NCBI GenBank assembly: GCA_016840095.1
Contig: JAEOSZ010000011.1
Span: 1 to 64,000 of the forward strand
DNA: 64,000 bases
Direction of reading: 5' to 3'
Source: Candidatus Heimdallarchaeota archaeon
Lineage (GTDB): Archaea > Asgardarchaeota > Heimdallarchaeia > Heimdallarchaeales > Heimdallarchaeaceae
The notes beneath the pieces were generated by a model. The model searched no databases. It saw nothing but the letters and a program-made list of their open reading frames with translations, and was not told where the DNA came from. Below, piece by piece: positions 58,801 to 64,000 of the stretch. Every line of letters starts with the position of its first letter. The first letter of the stretch is position 1. The position numbers were made by a program, and so were the translations under genes.

Positions 58801-59019
58801 GCGGCTTTATTAGCTGCACTAGATGGGTCAGCTCAAGAAGAAGAAGATTGGGAAGATTATGGACAATCGACACAAACTGGATCCTCAGCGGGAGCTGATG
58901 TTTTCACAGGTGGAACTCATACAAGAAGACTAGGATCTTATGACATAGTATTCTGGTCAATCAGTGCAATCTTCGTTACAGCAGTCGCTACCGGCACAAG
59001 AAAGAAACTTAAAAAATAA
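55900..59019 (+). CDS. Large surface/S-layer-like glycoprotein with CARDB/Ig-like domains and C-terminal TM anchor
   Basis: Signal peptide, repeated V.NTG/NIG..A Ig-like motifs, acidic composition, C-terminal hydrophobic helix followed by RKKLKK. Confidence 0.82.
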   Translation: MKKKAILGSALLGLTIILLTMSGSVTQAQIISQNTTLDADILNPVFVEEMRIIAGIDSAAVVELDLIGGAMPAIDANPLFSEVKSWAFVASNQSDFQDYILRRPFKSPENATLLLEIDASLGVGGSLVRAIEIALLFNAAYGTNLMWSRAEGLLGSYLYIFSGSMPETIFNTLITEFQTDISNGFVSLLDPVEVTDSPVKVAFMGNMKVDGKLTAARGVYYIDPDAITGATTYTLSTDNIFGENVWPRIALQPIFSVLKFRFPYTINPLSITPDPNNFAPQITGKMDWDLNTPWSLPKLGSNYEVVFNINHTALASSPRVSVNMAYDQDLLNTAGRLQMDYVVSNTGTEDAVDIEISYPLGPDFLDFLAQKPKLWDLRDDVTIDEGYSNAITGTILMTFEGEMFIDEGLYPDIIYEQEFLILDGWYQNNTDMSYIDINPANTIQQVKTDSMFYDLGIPGQTGTVSTYINFNSSLGLPNALVDQATAFLAPISMFDYELHTLGDLIADYQFELKDAVQAAGDYLFNILYSEQDIFTPDTMDFDFITKEIGRVGLEDSYNETFLSTIIPLLHPGESVNVSWALDNIPSQANHYGMMGLDEVNVGASFPALQLTTVDKTGYDVLRYLFGLGDAILPHLGDRFSRPLSYYEPWTNTWLSTGARFAYMDAEGFEYYGFSNGINLQIADDEAVLNVHVSLNQTAYLVGDPVTVYYTIENTGNLPAEEVILALYHGRMGPDWQLVDPELFWVDEIGTIAPGAIYNSQADVLANSFLGIHPVYGVVGFKSDVGQTILSDGIIELSPGSLGLTSIFAGAAETYQIVASNMDWGLVLPKTLNRRPAFPQPILDIDVSVEYIIPTDAPWELEITITVTNIGDERTHITAVQFYNATEMQLLRKTTTKGLTANETYLGIGVIRFKGITLLPGESVIFTMRWMFLTSYGCYIPGIIIVYDSRFRSDLAVDGIIEAPDVTDAALLAALDGSAQEEEDWEDYGQSTQTGSSAGADVFTGGTHTRRLGSYDIVFWSISAIFVTAVATGTRKKLKK

Positions 59020-59020
59020 T

Positions 59021-59047
59021 TTTCTTTTTCTTTTTTCTTTTATTTTT
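59021..59047 (+). terminator. Oligo-T archaeal terminator
   Basis: TTTCTTTTTCTTTTTTCTTTTATTTTT directly after the stop codon. Confidence 0.6.
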
Positions 59048-59107
59048 ACCCATGTAATAGCTTGTTTTAAATAGTGATTTGTCGCTAGATTCCAAGAGCG
59101 GAACTGA

Positions 59108-62098
59108 ATGACAATATCAGTTGAATCTAATTCAGATATGTACATCTTTGACAGCCTTATGCTATATAATTTTAAAATGCATAAGACTACAGATTTAAAG
59201 CTATCAGAAGTTCCAATTGTTGTCATTTCAGGCGCTAATGGGAGTGGAAAAACACAGATTTTGGAAGCTCTAATAATTGCAATAGGTCATGTCCCAAATA
59301 GAGTTTCATTGAGTACCTACAAAGAGGTTGTTGGTCCTTTTGACAAGTTCACTCAAATCAAACTTAAATTGAACAATCCACGATTAAGTGATAAAAGAGT
59401 TTTCACAACTTCGGACCCTGATTTAATACCGTATGTTGAAGAAGATTTTTTCATTGTTGATGTAAAAATAAATCATGATGGAAATATTAGAAGAAAGATA
59501 GTTGATAAGAGAGGAAAGGGAATAAACGTTACAAAGAAGCAAATCCAGATTCTAATGAGAAATATCGGAATATTTGACGATACCATGCTAAATTTTACTG
59601 AGGAAGGTTATCTTAGTTCTTTTGCCGATGGTTCCCCTCACAAGAAATTAGACAGTTTGCTAGTGGCAACAGGACTAAAAGAGATATTCAGTAGTTATAT
59701 CAACTCAAAGAAAAAAGTTCAAGAGAAGGAGAGAGAGTATTCACCTTTAGTAATGCAATTAGAAAAAGAGGAGAATAAATTAGAGAGACTCAGAGAGAAT
59801 TTTGATAGAATACAGAAAAAGAGAGAACTCATCGAAAAATATGATTTCCTTGAGAGGGAGTTATTCTGGTTTAATGCTATGGAAAGTCAGAAGCATTTAG
59901 AAGAATCAACTCAGAATCTTATTACTAAAAAGACTGAATTGGATGACATAGAAAAGAAGCTTGGTGCTTCTTTGATTGATCAAGAAAATCTTAGTGAAGA
60001 GGTAAAAAAAGTAGAGGAGTCTCTAGTTGATAGAAAGACCAAAATGAGAGAAATGTCTGACCAAAGAAATAGATTGGAAGGTCAGAAAGAAGAGAAAAAT
60101 AGAGCAGTAGTATCTTCAAAAAATCAGATAAGAAATATTAATCAGAAATTGAGTGAATTTGAGAATATTCAAACTGATGAGGGATTAACTCAAAAAAGAA
60201 ATTTGCAAAATCAACTGGATGATGTAAATAGAGAATTGTCTAGTCTGAACAGTGAACTACAAACTAGTCAGATAAATCTAAAAAACAAAGTTGTAGAAGA
60301 GGATAAAATTAAACAAAGAATTAACGAAAGATCTCAACTTTATGGAGAGTTATCCGATTATGAAAGAAAATTGATAAAGGACTGTATTTTATATAAAGAG
60401 AAAATTCAAAATTCAGATTTTAAGGATGAAATAATCGGACCAATTTACGAAATAATTTCGATAAAGAAAGGGTTCGAGAATTATACTGAAGTTGTAAAAA
60501 CATCTCTCGGAAGATCTCTTTTTGGATTTGTTGCTACTTCTCATAATGCATACAAAGAAGCAAAGCGAATCTATGATGAAGTTTTCCCCTCGTTTAAACC
60601 GAATTTCACAGTAGGGAGGGTATTAGAGGATGAAAAAGGTCCAAAACCTGATTACTTAACAAGCCAAATAATAGAAAATAAACCTGAAGGGATAATTGAT
60701 TTTGCAGTCAATTTAATTGAAGCTCCATTTCAAGTTAAGCTATATTTAGTTAAATTTGTAAGGATACTATTAGGTTCTCCATCATTACCTCCGAATCTCT
60801 TAACAGATTATGCAAAGCAATTCAAAACTAACATTCTGACAACTGATTGTAACAGTTACTATCTCTCTCAAGAAGCATTCTCAAGACCACCAAGAAGATA
60901 TAACTTAAAGTTGAGTTTAGATCTGAACAAATATCAGTCAATTGAAAGAATAAGAGAACAGCATCAATTAGTTCAATTTGATATCGAAAAGATAACAGAA
61001 GATAAAATCAGAATTACCAGAAGCTTAGCTGAATGTGAAGGTAATAAACGAGATTTAGAAACCCAATTGAAACCATGGAAAATGGGAGCTGACGAAATAG
61101 AGAATGAATTTTTAAGATTACAGCAAATCAGAACCGCTGCAGAATCCTTAGTAAGATCAGAAACTGAAAACCTTACTAAACTAGATACAGAAATTACTAA
61201 ACTTGCAGACAATATCATTGTAATTGAGAAAACTGTATCTGAAGAGCAGAAAAAATTCGATGTAGTAAGAAACAAGTTGAATAATTTAAATCAAGAAATC
61301 AAAGATTTTTCAGCTGAAAAAAATAAACTTATACGAATGATAGATTTTCTTGAAATAGAAGTATCTGATCTCAAAACAGCATTTGAAACACTAAATGAAC
61401 AAGCTGTTCAGAAAGGAGAACCTCCAGAAAATATCCGCTCTGATAAAGAGGAGATCTCCTCAGAATACAATAAAATTAAAGGACAATTAGAATTATTAGA
61501 TATTACCCCTGAAGTATCACAGGAAAGCATAGAAAAACAAGAACAACATGTCAATATCCTTCGTGATGAAGTGAAAAATACAGAAGTTCATTTGAATAAT
61601 CTGAAAGAAGATTTAGATAAAAGAATCAATGAGTGGGAAGGAGGACTTCACAATATTGTAGAACATTTGAATAAGATGTTGAGCTTGCTTCTTCAAGATA
61701 TCTTTGAGAATGTATCTATACAAATTCGAAATTATAATGATGAAAAAAATGCAGGGTTACATATTGAAGCAGAAACTAAAGGAGATAATAGAAAATATAG
61801 ACAACTCTCTGGGGGAGAAAAAACACTATTAGCTCAAGCGATAATTCTTGCGCTGCATATGATTAACCATTCTCCAATACATGCAATAGATGAGTTTACT
61901 CAAAAGCTTGATAAAAGGAATAAGGCTCTTGCATTTTCCATGGCTTTAGCAACATATAGAATTTCAAAAGAGAGTAGGATAATTACCCCTCAATTTATAC
62001 TTATAACACCCTCTCTCGATGATGTAGAACTCTCAAAAGAATTCGCTCATAAGGTTTTGATAGAGAGTAAAGTTAAGACTCCTGAGGTGAAAACTTGA
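59108..62098 (+). CDS. SMC-family ATPase, Smc5/6-related
   Basis: NFK.H, GANGSGKT, long coiled coil, central hinge (IIGPIYEII...), second coiled coil, LSGGEKT, AIDEFTQKLD, QFILITP. Confidence 0.9.
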   Translation: MTISVESNSDMYIFDSLMLYNFKMHKTTDLKLSEVPIVVISGANGSGKTQILEALIIAIGHVPNRVSLSTYKEVVGPFDKFTQIKLKLNNPRLSDKRVFTTSDPDLIPYVEEDFFIVDVKINHDGNIRRKIVDKRGKGINVTKKQIQILMRNIGIFDDTMLNFTEEGYLSSFADGSPHKKLDSLLVATGLKEIFSSYINSKKKVQEKEREYSPLVMQLEKEENKLERLRENFDRIQKKRELIEKYDFLERELFWFNAMESQKHLEESTQNLITKKTELDDIEKKLGASLIDQENLSEEVKKVEESLVDRKTKMREMSDQRNRLEGQKEEKNRAVVSSKNQIRNINQKLSEFENIQTDEGLTQKRNLQNQLDDVNRELSSLNSELQTSQINLKNKVVEEDKIKQRINERSQLYGELSDYERKLIKDCILYKEKIQNSDFKDEIIGPIYEIISIKKGFENYTEVVKTSLGRSLFGFVATSHNAYKEAKRIYDEVFPSFKPNFTVGRVLEDEKGPKPDYLTSQIIENKPEGIIDFAVNLIEAPFQVKLYLVKFVRILLGSPSLPPNLLTDYAKQFKTNILTTDCNSYYLSQEAFSRPPRRYNLKLSLDLNKYQSIERIREQHQLVQFDIEKITEDKIRITRSLAECEGNKRDLETQLKPWKMGADEIENEFLRLQQIRTAAESLVRSETENLTKLDTEITKLADNIIVIEKTVSEEQKKFDVVRNKLNNLNQEIKDFSAEKNKLIRMIDFLEIEVSDLKTAFETLNEQAVQKGEPPENIRSDKEEISSEYNKIKGQLELLDITPEVSQESIEKQEQHVNILRDEVKNTEVHLNNLKEDLDKRINEWEGGLHNIVEHLNKMLSLLLQDIFENVSIQIRNYNDEKNAGLHIEAETKGDNRKYRQLSGGEKTLLAQAIILALHMINHSPIHAIDEFTQKLDKRNKALAFSMALATYRISKESRIITPQFILITPSLDDVELSKEFAHKVLIESKVKTPEVKT

Positions 62099-62862
62099 CT
62101 GATCAAGATATAATTGATGATACTTCAGATATAATTTCAACCTATATAGAGGAGAATAGAGAATGGGTTGAGAATATATTTCAACTTGTTTTTGAGCTCA
62201 AGAGGAAATATGGTAAGTCAATAAGAAAGAAGGAAATTGTACAATTGATTGAATCTGAAGAGGATCGGTCCAAAGTTTCTGATGCTTATATATATTTGCA
62301 GAGTAAAAAAGAAAGTATTCTGGATTCAGCTCTTTATGAAGATTTCATCAAAATGAATGAATTAAGAGAAAATGATCTTTTAGAACAACTCCTTTATCCA
62401 CATGAAAGACTAAAAACTTTCGCAGATAAAGTAAAAAGTTTGTGTATTCCAATAACATATTTCTCAGGAACAACTAAAACATCCTATGAGGAACCTTTAA
62501 ACAATTTAACTGAAGAAGTAATAAATTTAGAATCAATGGAAGATATTAAGAATTTTTTGAATAAATATCAATCTTTCATGGAGCATCTATCGATAAATTT
62601 TCTAGATAAAGGTGACATCTTGAACATTGAAAATGAAATTAAGGAAAAGCTAGTAGGTAAGAAAATCAAGAAGAATAAGATGAACGAGCTCTTAACAACT
62701 TTAGAAGCTGAAGTTTTATCCAAATTAATAAGTGAAAAGAAAATTCAAGTGATTTTGAATGATGATGAACTAATTTTTCAAAACGAATTAGAAGAAGAAT
62801 CTGAAGTTATTTCAAGTTCAGTACTTCTCTCACCAAAAAATACGAATGAAGAAAGTGAATGA
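62095..62862 (+). CDS. Putative kleisin (ScpA/Nse4-like) subunit
   Basis: Overlaps the SMC stop codon; helical N-terminus; C-terminal winged-helix-like end (LSKLISEKKIQVILNDDELIF). The call rests mainly on context. Confidence 0.5.
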   Translation: MTDQDIIDDTSDIISTYIEENREWVENIFQLVFELKRKYGKSIRKKEIVQLIESEEDRSKVSDAYIYLQSKKESILDSALYEDFIKMNELRENDLLEQLLYPHERLKTFADKVKSLCIPITYFSGTTKTSYEEPLNNLTEEVINLESMEDIKNFLNKYQSFMEHLSINFLDKGDILNIENEIKEKLVGKKIKKNKMNELLTTLEAEVLSKLISEKKIQVILNDDELIFQNELEEESEVISSSVLLSPKNTNEESE

Positions 62863-63470
62863 TTATGGAAGAGAATCATCTGGAAGAGCCTATTGAAGTT
62901 AATGAGGTTGTAGAAGAAAATAATTTTCTACCTTCTTCTATATCAGATGAGGAAAAAGGAGAACTCTTTAGAGAACTTACAACAATTTTATCCAGAAAAT
63001 GGGTAAAAGAAAAAGTTACAGTATTTGGATGTTCAGAGCTTGATTTATTATTAGCAACTCGCTTCGATATCCAAACCTTGAGAGAAACAATTGATGAATA
63101 CAGATCATTTGTTCAGATCTTAGGTCTCAATGTCATTGAATATGATATGAATGGAGAAAAATGGTATTGTCTTAGATCTTCACATTACGCTCCATCCGAT
63201 TTACAATCAGCTGAATTGATTGTTTTAGGAACTATCATTGCTTATCTGGAAAGTGATAGAGATAAACCAATAACTACTGAAAGAATAAAAGAGAAATTAG
63301 TAATTACAGGAAAGATGAAAGAATATCTTGTAGAAAATAGTCTGAGGAGATTAACAAGGCTTGGGTATATTAAGAAAAAGCAAAGTGAGTGGGACTATAA
63401 CTACAGAACATTCATAGAATTTGGTGAAGATGAGAGGGAAAAAATCGTTGAGGAGTTCAGAAGGATTTGA
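62859..63470 (+). CDS. KITE (tandem winged-helix; Nse1/Nse3-MAGE/ScpB-like) subunit
   Basis: Two WH domains; ILGLNVIEY..WYCL, ELIVLGTII, LRRLTRLGYI..WDYNYRTFIEF. Confidence 0.72.
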   Translation: MIMEENHLEEPIEVNEVVEENNFLPSSISDEEKGELFRELTTILSRKWVKEKVTVFGCSELDLLLATRFDIQTLRETIDEYRSFVQILGLNVIEYDMNGEKWYCLRSSHYAPSDLQSAELIVLGTIIAYLESDRDKPITTERIKEKLVITGKMKEYLVENSLRRLTRLGYIKKKQSEWDYNYRTFIEFGEDEREKIVEEFRRI

Positions 63471-63922
63471 AGGGACAAGAAGCAATCTACTGCTATATCA
63501 GGTGTACTTTCTGTAATCAGATGAAAACTCTAAAAGATGCTGCTCTAGAAGGATGGGAAGTCTGCAACAGATGCCAGTTAGTTTTCTGTGATGAATGCAA
63601 AAAAGCTAATGAGAAAGAAGAATTATGTCCAGGATCTGTTTACACAACAAAACATTCAGCAAATTTTGACCTTCTTCCAGTTGAACAAATAATTGAAACT
63701 GCAAATAGCATTGAAAGGCAACCAAAGGAAAGCAAGTTTATATCAAAAATCTTCTTTGAAGATGAAAAGAAAAAAATTGAAGTCCTTAGAAGAAATAATA
63801 AGAAAAAAGATTCAGCTGATTTTAGTATTGTTAGATTTCGAGAAGAGCAATGGAGAAAATTTGGTACTGTTTTAGTTAAGAGGAAAGATGGTAAATTTCT
63901 AACTTGGGGTCAATTAGAATAA
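63467..63922 (+). CDS. RING-like Zn-finger protein in the SMC operon
   Basis: C13-x2-C-x16-C-x2-C-x4-C-x2-C-x9-C-x8-H; the TTG start overlaps the KITE stop. Confidence 0.72.
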   Translation: MKGQEAIYCYIRCTFCNQMKTLKDAALEGWEVCNRCQLVFCDECKKANEKEELCPGSVYTTKHSANFDLLPVEQIIETANSIERQPKESKFISKIFFEDEKKKIEVLRRNNKKKDSADFSIVRFREEQWRKFGTVLVKRKDGKFLTWGQLE

Positions 63923-63955
63923 GAAAAGAAAAATGAAAAAAGAAAAGGTAGGAAA

Positions 63956-64000
63956 TTAGATTCCAGTTATTGCTTCTGCACGAGAACCTAGTATCACATT
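63956..64000 (-). CDS. Partial CDS (3' end), unknown
   Basis: Open frame NVILGSRAEAITGI* followed by a T-rich tract on the minus strand (63923-63945). Confidence 0.4.
   Translation of the reverse strand, partial: NVILGSRAEAITGI

Noticed and set aside
59108-62098. Rad50/SbcC or Wadjet JetC assignment for the coiled-coil ATPase
   Set aside because: There is no CxxC Zn hook and no adjacent Mre11/SbcD. A globular hinge is present. The operon has no JetD/TOPRIM nuclease, and the gene order differs from jetABCD.
555-63875. Numerous 60-130 aa ORFs antisense to or nested in long genes (e.g. 11924-12280, 36295-36678, 48183-48548, 51151-51483, 60973-61275)
   Set aside because: They are shadow ORFs overlapping well-supported genes, with no motifs.
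1-64000. CRISPR arrays, tRNA/rRNA genes, IS elements, integrases
   Set aside because: No regularly spaced repeats, no GC-rich structured islands or cloverleaf, and no transposase or integrase ORF were seen by eye. Short ncRNAs could have been missed.

Overview
A 64-kb, low-GC (roughly one-third GC by eye), gene-dense chromosomal segment from an archaeon. It is very likely an Asgard archaeon, and the style suggests Heimdallarchaeia. Evidence: archaeal TFB, PriS/PriL, Cgi121, AMP phosphorylase and archaeal-type AlaRS/ArgRS occur together with eukaryotic-signature-type proteins (two longin-like proteins, two roadblock proteins, a winged-helix/RING protein). I found no rRNA, tRNA, CRISPR array, transposase or integrase. 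The window mixes housekeeping and metabolic genes (ABC exporter pair, MFS transporter, GS, pyruvoyl ArgDC, GH57/GalT, PfkB), a replication/repair cluster (dinB-priL-priS, XPD-family helicase, DnaJ-Zn RecJ-like nuclease) and four C-terminally anchored surface proteins. The most notable element is a translationally coupled four-gene operon at 59108-63922. It encodes an Smc5/6-like SMC ATPase, a probable kleisin, an Nse1/Nse3-like KITE protein and a stand-alone RING-like Zn finger, which together look like an archaeal Smc5/6-type complex with a 'split Nse1'. Other highlights: a multi-winged-helix RING E3 candidate with a probable non-canonical start, a eukaryote-like primase, a Site-1-protease-like membrane subtilase, a membrane-anchored longin, a PIP-box nuclease coupled to a TPR protein, a thioredoxin-DICT-like fusion, and three small ORFs missed by the ORF track. 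All family assignments come from reading motifs and from my recall of family consensus sequences. No searches were run.
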